Positions 18,749-28,178 of a DNA stretch of 64,000 nt are shown here, one piece after another. The notes under the pieces are model-generated. The model was not told where the DNA came from. It did not search any database and saw only the letters and a program-made list of their open reading frames with translations. The stretch covers positions 402,757 through 466,756 of the forward strand of contig JAUVXV010000002.1 in assembly GCA_030603365.1 (NCBI GenBank). The letters are read 5' to 3'. Every line of letters starts with the position of its first letter. Position 1 is the first letter of the stretch. The DNA comes from Candidatus Heimdallarchaeota archaeon (GTDB lineage: Archaea > Asgardarchaeota > Heimdallarchaeia > Heimdallarchaeales > Heimdallarchaeaceae). The position numbers were made by a program, and so were the translations under genes.

Positions 18749-20233
18749 TTATTTCCAATTCTTAGAACTTTCTACAGATTTTTTCCATCTAGAAAGCAAA
18801 GACTCTCTAGTTTCTATATCCATTTCAGGTTTATATTCTTCTTCTACAAGAAAATTTGATTGAATATCATCCAAATTTTCCCAATAATCTACTGCTAATC
18901 CCGCTAAATAAGCTGCACCTAAAGCAGTAGTTTCACTTATAGTAGGTTTCTGAACAACGACATCCGAAACATCTGCTTGAAATTGTAGTAATGGAGAACA
19001 TTTAGTTATACCACCATCAACGCGTAAAATGTTTATATCTATACCTGATTCTTCACGCATTATCTCAAATACGTCTTCAGATTGATAACATATGGATTCA
19101 AGAGTTGCCCGAATTATGTGATTTCGTGTAGATCCCCTAGTTAAGCCTAGAATTGTACCTCTTGCGTAAGGATCCCAATAAGGAGCACCTAATCCCACAA
19201 AAGCTGGAACAAAGAATACTCCTTCTGTACTTTTTGTATTGTTCATGATGCTTGTAAGTTCGTTAATATTATCAAGTATTCTGAGACCTTCTTCTAACCA
19301 TTGAATTGCTGCTCCTGTGATGAAAACACTTCCTTCCAAGGCATAAGTAATTTTATTATCGATTTTCCATGCGATAGTTGAGAGCAGTCCCTTCTTCGAA
19401 TCAACAACTGTTTCACCAGTGTTTAGAAGCATAAAATTACCTGTACCATAGGTATTCTTTACAGAACCTTTTTCAAAGCAGGTTTGTCCAAACAAAGCAG
19501 CTTGTTGATCACCAATGGCTCCAGTTACTGACAACTGGGAAGAAAAGAGCTTTTCTTTTGTTAGACCATATGCATCTTTGTCACTACTTGGACGAACTTC
19601 AGGAAGAATGTCTAAAGGTATTTGCAGTAAATCTAATAACTCAGTATCCCATTCACCGTTATGAATATTGAAAAGTAATGTTCTGGATGCATTAGAATAA
19701 TCCGTGATATGATTCCCAGTTAAATTCCAAATCAACCAACTATCTATAGTTCCGACCAGGAGATTGTTTCTGTTTTGGGTGTCTTTTGCTTTAGTATTGT
19801 TCTCTAATAGCCATTTAATTTTAGTACCAGAGAAATAAGGATCTAGAACAAGCCCAGTTTTTCTATTGAACAGTTCTGAATAGCCGTTATTTCTTAACTC
19901 ATCACAAATATCTGATGTTCTTCGACATTGCCACACAATTGCGTTATGAAGAGGTAAACCAGTTTCCTTATCCCAAGCAACAATTGTTTCTCTTTGATTG
20001 GTTACACCTATTGAACAAATATCTGTTGAAGATAACTTAGCCTTAAGAAGAGAATTTTTTACTGTTTTGATGGTGTTTTCCCAAATTTCCATTGGATTAT
20101 GTTCAACCCATCCAGCTTGAGGAAATATCTGTTTATGTTCAATATAATCTTTTGATACTTCATTTCCAGCTTTGCTGAAAATAATCGATCTAGTACCAGT
20201 AGTTCCTTGATCAATACTTAAAACATACTGCAT
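18749..20233 (-). CDS. glpK: Glycerol kinase
   Basis: IDQGTTGTR, GWVEHNP, TNQRET, AIVWQCRR, PYFSGTK, TDYSNASRT, GDQQAALFGQ, KNTYGTG. Confidence 0.96.
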   Translation of the reverse strand: MQYVLSIDQGTTGTRSIIFSKAGNEVSKDYIEHKQIFPQAGWVEHNPMEIWENTIKTVKNSLLKAKLSSTDICSIGVTNQRETIVAWDKETGLPLHNAIVWQCRRTSDICDELRNNGYSELFNRKTGLVLDPYFSGTKIKWLLENNTKAKDTQNRNNLLVGTIDSWLIWNLTGNHITDYSNASRTLLFNIHNGEWDTELLDLLQIPLDILPEVRPSSDKDAYGLTKEKLFSSQLSVTGAIGDQQAALFGQTCFEKGSVKNTYGTGNFMLLNTGETVVDSKKGLLSTIAWKIDNKITYALEGSVFITGAAIQWLEEGLRILDNINELTSIMNNTKSTEGVFFVPAFVGLGAPYWDPYARGTILGLTRGSTRNHIIRATLESICYQSEDVFEIMREESGIDINILRVDGGITKCSPLLQFQADVSDVVVQKPTISETTALGAAYLAGLAVDYWENLDDIQSNFLVEEEYKPEMDIETRESLLSRWKKSVESSKNWK

Positions 20234-20274
20234 AGTTTGTAATAAAATACGAGAGTTTTAAATTTGTTTAGGTT

Positions 20275-21588
20275 TTATTTGAAAGTTTCATGTTTCTTTC
20301 CTTGACGAATTTTGCGCCTACGCTTTGGTTTATCAAGTTCTTTTAGTGTTTCAGCCCCCTGGGTTGAATAATATCTTCCTCTCCATGAAACTTTCTTTCC
20401 TCTTAAGCCATAAACAATTGCCACAACAATTACTACAAAGTTGACTAATTGTGTTATTGGAAAGAATAAAGCTATCCACCATCTCAAATCACCCTTTTTC
20501 CTCCAATAAAAATAGTATGTTGCTGCATATGCTAGATATAAACCAGAATTAACAATAATTCCAAATGTGTAATCAGTCCAGAAGAAATACTGTCCATCAT
20601 TAAAGAATGATTGAATTAAGAAATAAGGTGCAAACAGGAAGTATAAGAGCCATAATATCATAAAACCTATTCTCCAAGGTGTTAATGTAACAATTCCACC
20701 CCATATTGCTCGTCTGAATGCTCTAAAGAATTGATTGAAACCTTCTGGGTACATTCGGGTTTGCACTAAACGGGTTCCATCTATGAAACTTAGCCCTAAC
20801 TCTTTTTCTTTACACAACTTTGCTAATGCAACATCCTCTACAAGAGAACTACTTATAGCCATATGCCCACCTAGTTCTTCATAGCCATTTCTTGTAAAAA
20901 GCATATACTGACCAGAAGCTAGAAAAGAATCTTTGATGTAAGGATTACTTATATCATCTCTTGGTCCGCCACATAGAAAACTCAAGAAATAAAGATAGGA
21001 TGGGAAGAATTCGTAGAATTTGTAAGCTTCAAGATAGGGTAACAGAGAGAATAATACAACTTCAGAACCTAAAAGGTGTGAAACTGTAATCCTTAGTGAT
21101 CCGGGAGTATGTTTTGTATCAGCATCAGTAAATAATAAAACATCTCCTTGAGCGGCTTGATAGCCTACGTGGCAGCCATAAGATTTACCAATCCATCCAG
21201 TTGGAAGATTCTCGTCAATTAGCACATTCACCCCGAAGGATTCAGCAATTTCGACAGTCTTATCTTTTGAACCTCCATCAACGACTAATATTTCATAGTT
21301 AGGATAATCAAGTCTAGTTAAACTGGTTAGACACTTCCGAATATTTACTTCTTCTTCCAACGTTGGAACTATAATTGAAACAAACGGAAAATCCTCATTC
21401 TTTAAATCTAAAATATGCCAGCCATTACGACTGTTCTGTACCAGTACAAAAAAGTACACAAAACAGACTACAACTAGTGAAATATATAGTGATTCAAAGA
21501 ACCAGCCCACTTTATACACCTGATGATTACGTTTGCGATTATATGTACGAACTTCTTTATATACTTTATCAGCTTTTGTTTTCTTCAT
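20275..21588 (-). CDS. GT2 family membrane glycosyltransferase (CrtQ/HpnB-like)
   Basis: VSIIVP, VVDGGSKD, LPTGWIGK, FTDADT, GQYMLF, LVEDVALA, RMYP; C-terminal TM helices and WRGR. Confidence 0.85.
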   Translation of the reverse strand: MKKTKADKVYKEVRTYNRKRNHQVYKVGWFFESLYISLVVVCFVYFFVLVQNSRNGWHILDLKNEDFPFVSIIVPTLEEEVNIRKCLTSLTRLDYPNYEILVVDGGSKDKTVEIAESFGVNVLIDENLPTGWIGKSYGCHVGYQAAQGDVLLFTDADTKHTPGSLRITVSHLLGSEVVLFSLLPYLEAYKFYEFFPSYLYFLSFLCGGPRDDISNPYIKDSFLASGQYMLFTRNGYEELGGHMAISSSLVEDVALAKLCKEKELGLSFIDGTRLVQTRMYPEGFNQFFRAFRRAIWGGIVTLTPWRIGFMILWLLYFLFAPYFLIQSFFNDGQYFFWTDYTFGIIVNSGLYLAYAATYYFYWRKKGDLRWWIALFFPITQLVNFVVIVVAIVYGLRGKKVSWRGRYYSTQGAETLKELDKPKRRRKIRQGKKHETFK

Positions 21589-21691
21589 ATATTTTCCTAA
21601 TTGATTAATAATTCGTTTAAATCAAATTTGTAACCCAAATAGAAGTAAAAATAATAGAAATAGAAAATTAAAAGGAAAAGTAAATAGTAAC

Positions 21692-22657
21692 TTATGTTGT
21701 TTGGATTGGACCTTCGGGTGTCATATAAACGGTATGTTCATGTTGACTAATCAAAGCCTCTGAAGTATCAGAAAGAACATGATATTGATACAAAGCACCT
21801 ACATTGCTTAATTCTCTTATACCCATTTTAGCTTTAGCAGGTCCTAATGCCTTGTAAATCCACCTGGTTGCGACAGGAAGACGATGATATTCTCTTTCCA
21901 ACAATCTTCGAACTTGTTTTGCTGAATCTGTACGCAATGGAAATCTTCCATCAGCTAAACGAACAATATACAACTTAGTTCTATCTTGATGTGATTCACC
22001 AGAACCAGTTGATGCAAAAGTTTCTATTGCATATACCTCATCTTGTAGAATCAGATTACCTTTCCTACCGGCTACATTAGGTATAGATTTAGGTCCGTGG
22101 ACTCTATAAGGAAGTAGTAAATGACCTGAAAGATCCTTTACGGTGGTAAAACCATATCCTTCAATTATATTCTCAATAAGATCTCCTAGTTTCCCAGTAT
22201 ACCCACCTGCGCGAATAACTTTTACAGCTGTTTCGGTAGCTTCTTTGCTAGCCTTAATCAAATCATTGTGAACGTCATCAAAAGCTACTGTAAGTGCAGT
22301 ATCAGCGATAAATCCGTCATATTGAACTCCACAATCAATCTTAACTACATCTCCTTTTTTTAGAACCAATTCATCTTCCCAAGGACTTGTATAATGAGCA
22401 GCATGATTATTAATTGCAACGTTAAGAGGAAACGCTGGTTTCATTCCTGCGTCTGCGATCATTTTATCAGCAGTTTCACACAAATCTAATGCTTTAATTC
22501 CTGGTTTAGCCATCCCTTTGAGATGTTGAAGAATACTCTTAGCAACTTCCCCTGCCTTCTTGTATTTCTCTAAGGGAGTTTCTTCTATTTCTTCTTCTTT
22601 AACCTCTTCTGTTTTTTCTTCTTTGACTTCCTCTTTAGTCTTTTTTTCTTCAGCCAT
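21692..22657 (-). CDS. map: Methionine aminopeptidase type II
   Basis: AFP.N, AAHY, KIDCGV, ADTA, SGH, AIETF and QHEHT all intact; E/K-rich N-terminal extension. Confidence 0.92.
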   Translation of the reverse strand: MAEEKKTKEEVKEEKTEEVKEEEIEETPLEKYKKAGEVAKSILQHLKGMAKPGIKALDLCETADKMIADAGMKPAFPLNVAINNHAAHYTSPWEDELVLKKGDVVKIDCGVQYDGFIADTALTVAFDDVHNDLIKASKEATETAVKVIRAGGYTGKLGDLIENIIEGYGFTTVKDLSGHLLLPYRVHGPKSIPNVAGRKGNLILQDEVYAIETFASTGSGESHQDRTKLYIVRLADGRFPLRTDSAKQVRRLLEREYHRLPVATRWIYKALGPAKAKMGIRELSNVGALYQYHVLSDTSEALISQHEHTVYMTPEGPIQTT

Positions 22658-22751
22658 TTATTTTCACCAGAATTGAATTCTACTCCATTTTAATATATTT
22701 AACTCTGATGTTTTGACACAAAAATTAGAAAAAGAAAAAGAGGGGAAAAGT

Positions 22752-24566
22752 TTAGGGTGGTATTATGTTAGGAAATCCAGCTATAATGCTCACAATCGCA
22801 CCGATGAATAGAATAGCAACAAGCACCCATCCTGCAATATCTTTATTAGAACTGAAAGTAGTTTGACCGTCTCGTGTATACATTTTCTTTATCATCACAA
22901 TTGGTCTTGGTGTTCTTCTATACCATCCAATAATTGTTACTTGAGAACCTATCACTTTTTCAACTCTAAATATTGCAGTTATCCATCTCATGAAACCAAA
23001 CAAAGGATTATAATCCAAAGTTATTATTCCAGTTGGATCTTGTAAGACCACATCTTCACTGAAGTAGTATCCTGGTGTACCTCTTCCAATTATTGTTCCT
23101 TGTAAATGGATTGGTTTACCTCTAAATGGCGAAGCTTCTGCATATCCGTCATCTGAAACATCAGTGACAGAGTGCATAATGGGAACTAATGGAAGATCTT
23201 CATGGAGTTTAGGATAACGCACTCTAACTCTCCAAATCCACAAAAATCCAACTAATGCAAGTCCTACCCCAACTCCTATCCAAACCATGTTCATATCTAC
23301 TGACCAGATACCATAGAGATCAAAGAAGTAGAAGAATGCTCCTGCTCCAGGAACAAGGAATAATAGTAATGGTGTGACATAAGACAAGAATAAGTCAATT
23401 AAGAACTCATCCCAAAGAGTTTCTTTTATCTGGTCTGTTCCTAAATCTGGAAATGTTCTTGGCATCTGCATTTCTTCAGATAGATCGTCTAATGCTAGAA
23501 GTCTTTTTGCCGCCAATGGATGTGTGGATTGTAATTCTAGAAATCCAGCCCATGGACTTTCCAAATCCCAAGCAGCGGCTTTAACTACCATCTCTGGTTT
23601 AACTTCACCAACTTTGGCTTGAGCATAAGCAGACATTATAAGACCTTTAGCTGCTTTAATATCAAAAATGTTCAAGGATCGAGTTGTATTAGTAAAATTA
23701 GAACGTGAATAAGCTCTAGTTCTTGTTCTTCTGTCAACTCCTTTATCGCTCATTGTAGTAGCATAAGCTGCCTGAGTTTGAACCATTCCGTAAGCTATTT
23801 TGACTAATGCCGTTGATAGTCCTTTAGGATTGTTAGTTTCTTGTCCTGAAAATCTATCAGCATAATATTCCCTAACCCTGCTTAGGAAAAGAACTATGAA
23901 TTGGCTTATAATATAGAATATATAAGAAACAATCATGGTTACAACAGCTGCAGTAGCAATTGCAGCAGCGGCTTTGTTATCATCACCACCAGAGATAAAT
24001 CCTACTCTGAGGAATCCTCTAGAGAAAATATAGAAAGTGTAAAGTATCATAGGAACTGCGGCTGCAATAGTCATGAAAAGAAAATCACGATGAGCAATGT
24101 GTCCCAACTCATGAGCAACCACACCTTTTTGTTCTTCTGGGGTAAGAAGATTAAGTAATCCATCAGAAATTACTATTCTGGCATTCTTTTTGAATCTTCC
24201 ATAAGTAAGAGCTGTTGGCATTTGATCATGAATCATACCTATTTTCTTAACTGATATATTTTGCAATTGGCTCTGGTCTGCAATTAATTGAGCAAGATGT
24301 GGTGGCAATTGCATAGGATCAATCCATGTCATTTTGTAAAGCCATCTGAAATTTAGGTCTAGAAGCCAAGGAGATATTAGAAATTGTAGAAGAATAATCC
24401 CTATGGCAATCAATATTGGAAAGAGTATTATTGTGAAAGAATACGAATCTGCTAATACAAATCCATAATAATTTGCTACAAGCACTGCTCCAATAACAAC
24501 TGCATAAACTAATCCCCATAGGAAAGCTAACGTCAACATTCCTCTGAAAAGTATTTTAGATTTCAT
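22752..24566 (-). CDS. HtpX-like M48 membrane zinc metalloprotease with a C-terminal extension
   Basis: HELGH, LSRVREYYADRF and STHP; multiple TM segments; extra C-terminal domain and TM. Confidence 0.88.
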   Translation of the reverse strand: MKSKILFRGMLTLAFLWGLVYAVVIGAVLVANYYGFVLADSYSFTIILFPILIAIGIILLQFLISPWLLDLNFRWLYKMTWIDPMQLPPHLAQLIADQSQLQNISVKKIGMIHDQMPTALTYGRFKKNARIVISDGLLNLLTPEEQKGVVAHELGHIAHRDFLFMTIAAAVPMILYTFYIFSRGFLRVGFISGGDDNKAAAAIATAAVVTMIVSYIFYIISQFIVLFLSRVREYYADRFSGQETNNPKGLSTALVKIAYGMVQTQAAYATTMSDKGVDRRTRTRAYSRSNFTNTTRSLNIFDIKAAKGLIMSAYAQAKVGEVKPEMVVKAAAWDLESPWAGFLELQSTHPLAAKRLLALDDLSEEMQMPRTFPDLGTDQIKETLWDEFLIDLFLSYVTPLLLFLVPGAGAFFYFFDLYGIWSVDMNMVWIGVGVGLALVGFLWIWRVRVRYPKLHEDLPLVPIMHSVTDVSDDGYAEASPFRGKPIHLQGTIIGRGTPGYYFSEDVVLQDPTGIITLDYNPLFGFMRWITAIFRVEKVIGSQVTIIGWYRRTPRPIVMIKKMYTRDGQTTFSSNKDIAGWVLVAILFIGAIVSIIAGFPNIIPP

Positions 24567-24640
24567 GTTATCAAGATAAACAGTTCACTTACTAGTATAA
24601 ATAACTTCATTTTTTGAAGAAAAATAAAATGAGAAGAAAA

Positions 24641-26125
24641 TTAATTCTTTCTTCTTCTATTTATTATGAATACCACTGCAACAAAGAGTGAAATTATTGA
24701 GAAAAATGCAAAACTTCCTTCATCTGTTGGTGTGGGGGTTTCTGTTGGTGTGGGGGTTTCTGTTACTGGAACATAGAAAGGATAAGTAAAGTTTGATGTT
24801 CTTGCTCCTTCAACACTCGATAATGCTGTTCCTCCACAGACAAAACCTGATTCTATTCCTAGAAGGGAGAGCGTAGTTGGTGCAACATCTCTAATACTTG
24901 TTCCGCCAATTGTAGAGTTTTGCTTAATACCTGGACCTGCAACCATGAAGATTCCTTGCATTTCAAGATTATCGTTCAGATACCCATGCATACCCACATA
25001 AGGTGACCCAAAATGTCTTGACATCCCTTGATCTAACCAAACAGAGATATTTACACCTCGATCGTGATGGTTAAGATTTATTGCATCATTTTCTTCATTT
25101 ACATAAACAGTTTGAATACCAGGTGCTCCTTTTAAGTAACTTGCAAATTCCTCTACTTTAGAAGTGTTTGTTTCTCCAATGAAGTAAAGTAGCTCAAATG
25201 CAGCATCATGTGCAATATAAGGAGTTAGAGAGGTATTTCCCACAGCATCTAAATAGAATTGTTTATCCTCTAAGAAATAGTAACTATCAGTTACTGTTGC
25301 CATTCCATGATCAGATGTTAGAATGACTACTGTATCCTTCAACAAATCATTTTTCTCTAGTTGGGAGAAGAAATTGTGCAGTGCATTATTTATAGAATGA
25401 ATTACAGCTTCAACGGTACTAGAATCAACTCCTGAATAATGTCCTGCAGCATCAACTCCTGGCAACCAAGCATAGACAAGTTCTATTTCAGGATCACTAA
25501 CAATTACCTGAGCTGTTTTTGCAGTTATTCCGTAATCAGTCCTCATATCGTGATCTCCAAACCAGTCATAATCAAAAAGATATGTTGGACTAATTCCACC
25601 ATAATATGTACCTTCATCTACATATGGCCATGCAAACACTGCAGTCTTAACAGCATTTTCTTCAGCATGTATTACTGAAGGTTTAGAAGTTAAAAGATGT
25701 AATCCTGTATTGGTATCTCGATATGGATCTAAGGGGTCAGAAAAGAGTGAGTATGACTTATTGTCTTCCCAGTCATAGAATGTGTTTCCTATAATGCCAT
25801 GTTCATCGACATGATTTCCAGTTATCATAGACACATGATTTACAGCAGTTACTGTAGGATTTGATGAAACTTGATAATCAGCTACGACACCTTCATCCAT
25901 GAACCATTGAAAAACAGGTTCATCATCTGTTTTGGATATATAATCATAGCGGAAAGCATCTATACTGAATACGACGACCCTATTTATGGTATTAACAACA
26001 TAGTTCAATTCTGTTATTTTTTCATTTTCTTTTGCAGTTATTACTGATGAGGAGATTAACAGAGTTCCTAACAGTAAAACAATCATTAGGGATTTTGAAA
26101 ATGTTTTTGCTTTCATATTACTCAA
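24641..26125 (-). CDS. Surface-anchored nucleotide pyrophosphatase/phosphodiesterase (alkaline phosphatase superfamily)
   Basis: Signal peptide; SIDAFRYDY, PTVTAVNH (Thr nucleophile), HGIIGN, DAAGH, TSDHG, MHGY; PT linker plus TM plus RRRKN tail. Confidence 0.88.
   Translation of the reverse strand: MSNMKAKTFSKSLMIVLLLGTLLISSSVITAKENEKITELNYVVNTINRVVVFSIDAFRYDYISKTDDEPVFQWFMDEGVVADYQVSSNPTVTAVNHVSMITGNHVDEHGIIGNTFYDWEDNKSYSLFSDPLDPYRDTNTGLHLLTSKPSVIHAEENAVKTAVFAWPYVDEGTYYGGISPTYLFDYDWFGDHDMRTDYGITAKTAQVIVSDPEIELVYAWLPGVDAAGHYSGVDSSTVEAVIHSINNALHNFFSQLEKNDLLKDTVVILTSDHGMATVTDSYYFLEDKQFYLDAVGNTSLTPYIAHDAAFELLYFIGETNTSKVEEFASYLKGAPGIQTVYVNEENDAINLNHHDRGVNISVWLDQGMSRHFGSPYVGMHGYLNDNLEMQGIFMVAGPGIKQNSTIGGTSIRDVAPTTLSLLGIESGFVCGGTALSSVEGARTSNFTYPFYVPVTETPTPTETPTPTDEGSFAFFSIISLFVAVVFIINRRRKN
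24723..24764. repeat. 18-bp tandem repeat (about 2.3 copies) encoding a TETPTP linker
   Basis: tctgttggtgtgggggtt twice, then tctgtt. Confidence 0.85.
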
Positions 26126-26182
26126 GAATTAGTTATTATCATTCATTATATTTCTTTCGTAGAGAAATGTGACATCTAAGTA

Positions 26183-26851
26183 TTATTTGCAATACATTTG
26201 AAGAAGGTCTGTCATAGAACCAATAATTGCCTTAGCTTCAATCTTCTTTCTTCGTGTTCCTGGAGCACCTTCTGAACCAAAGTAAATGAAATCAATATCT
26301 GCGTTTAATGCAGTCTCTGCATCTACCCATGAATCTCCAATAAAAACTGTAGTTTCTTCATTCTTCTGGAATTTCTCCATTAGTTTATAAATTCCTTCTG
26401 GATTTGGTTTACTATTAGTTACATCATCCCTAGTTAAAACATACTCAAAAAGATGATTGAAATTATATTTTTCTAATGCATAATCAGTTAGTTTTCTTGA
26501 GTTATTTGTATAAATAACCAAAATATGTCCTGCATTTTTTAGTTCTTCAAGTGAATTTACCACATCTTTTTCGACAAATGCTTTTTCATAGCCTTCAAGT
26601 TCATGGTTTTCAACCATTTTCCAAGCTTTTTCATGTAGTCTGTTGGATGGGTCTTTATCTTTAATGAGTTGAACTAATTCAAGAATTGTGTAAATTGTAC
26701 CCTCAATCTCAAAATATTCCTCTTTCGAAACAATATCTTTCAGTAACTCTCTTAATCCATCTCTCACACCCATATAATCAATATCAGACTGAATCAAAGT
26801 TCCATCCATATCAAATATCAGAAGAAGTTGAGCAGAATTCATTTCTTTCAC
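26183..26851 (-). CDS. HAD superfamily phosphatase (phosphoglycolate phosphatase-like)
   Basis: FDMDGTL, YTNN, SKPNPEG, IGDSWVD. Confidence 0.9.
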   Translation of the reverse strand: MKEMNSAQLLLIFDMDGTLIQSDIDYMGVRDGLRELLKDIVSKEEYFEIEGTIYTILELVQLIKDKDPSNRLHEKAWKMVENHELEGYEKAFVEKDVVNSLEELKNAGHILVIYTNNSRKLTDYALEKYNFNHLFEYVLTRDDVTNSKPNPEGIYKLMEKFQKNEETTVFIGDSWVDAETALNADIDFIYFGSEGAPGTRRKKIEAKAIIGSMTDLLQMYCK

Positions 26852-26954
26852 TTTTTGAAGATTTTACATGAATTATTAATAATTTGGGAATATACATTAC
26901 AGAACTATAGTTAATCTTTTATTTTTAGTTCTTCAATAGTATTTTGGTGTTCCT

Positions 26955-28178
26955 TTGGCTTCAAAGATTCTTGAATTTAAGTTCATAAAGTATGAACCTG
27001 TTTTATCAAACCTTAAAGATACATATAATCAATATTCAAATTGTTACAATGATTTCAAAAAAGCTGGAGAGGAAAATGTTGCTTTTAAGGTTCTCTCATA
27101 TCATTATGCAGGAATGCTATATGTGATAAAAGGAGACGAACTAGTTTCGAAGAAGAAATTTGAAGAAGCTCTCACTAACTACGAAGAAGGTTTAAAGCTG
27201 ATTAATCGTTCCAGAGCTTCAAGAGGAAGAGAAGGAGATAAGATCTTCAATGAAATGTTTATGTGGATTAACCATTGCGAAGGAATGCTAAGAATATGTA
27301 AAAGTTTCACTGAGACAGACACAACTAAAAGATTAAACCATATCGAAGAAAGTGTCACATATTTCAATAATTTTTATGATACGAGAAAACTTGAGGAAGA
27401 CATTATTAACACAAAAGCAGCTGAAGCGAGATTAAGCTATGCAGAATATAGGTTTAATTTCATCAAATCAGAATTGTATTCTGATGACACAAAAACTTCT
27501 AAGAAGCATCTTTTAAAGGCAAGATCTAGCATTATGAAGGCTAATTACGTGTATAATTCTTTGTTCGATGAACTGGAAGACTTACAAAATAGAGTTGATG
27601 AAATTACTAAACTTCACATAGTTGGTAGGGCTGAAGGCTTCTGGGATCAAGGAATACAACACATAACGGAGAGCAATTTTAATGAAGCTCAAAGGCATTT
27701 TACCATAGCATCAAAATACTACGCCCGAGCAAGCGTTATTTGTGCTAATTTCATGGAACAGAGATTGTATCTAGCCTTATCTAGAATAACTGAAGCAAGT
27801 CAGTACGAATCAGAAGCAAATGAGATGTATAAAAGGCAAGATAAACCAAAAGAAGCTAGTGAGTTGTTCAACGAAGCGGTTAATATTGTTGATATAGCTT
27901 TAGGGTTGTTAACAAGTATAAAGAGTGAATCTTTGATTAATAATATGACTGCTCAAAGGTCTTTTTATGAAGCTCTTTCATTCGAAACAGAAGGAATATA
28001 TCTATTTGATTGTGAACAATTTGAAGAAGCTTTAAAATTATTCGAAGATGCTATGAAGAAGCTTGAAGAAACCCAATTAAGCGCTTCAGAAGGTAACATT
28101 GACCAGTTATTAGAGTTTGTTAGAACTGCTAAGAGTGAAGTAGAAGGGTATATTTCCATGACACAAGCAATGATCTAG
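26955..28178 (+). CDS. Alpha-helical TPR-like hypothetical protein
   Basis: Repeated TPR-like helices: FEEALTNYEEGLK, FNEAQRHFTIASKYY, FEEALKLFEDAM. Confidence 0.6.
   Translation: MASKILEFKFIKYEPVLSNLKDTYNQYSNCYNDFKKAGEENVAFKVLSYHYAGMLYVIKGDELVSKKKFEEALTNYEEGLKLINRSRASRGREGDKIFNEMFMWINHCEGMLRICKSFTETDTTKRLNHIEESVTYFNNFYDTRKLEEDIINTKAAEARLSYAEYRFNFIKSELYSDDTKTSKKHLLKARSSIMKANYVYNSLFDELEDLQNRVDEITKLHIVGRAEGFWDQGIQHITESNFNEAQRHFTIASKYYARASVICANFMEQRLYLALSRITEASQYESEANEMYKRQDKPKEASELFNEAVNIVDIALGLLTSIKSESLINNMTAQRSFYEALSFETEGIYLFDCEQFEEALKLFEDAMKKLEETQLSASEGNIDQLLEFVRTAKSEVEGYISMTQAMI

Noticed and set aside
21692-22657. Ebp1/PA2G4-like inactive MetAP homologue
   Set aside because: All metal ligands and the catalytic His are present
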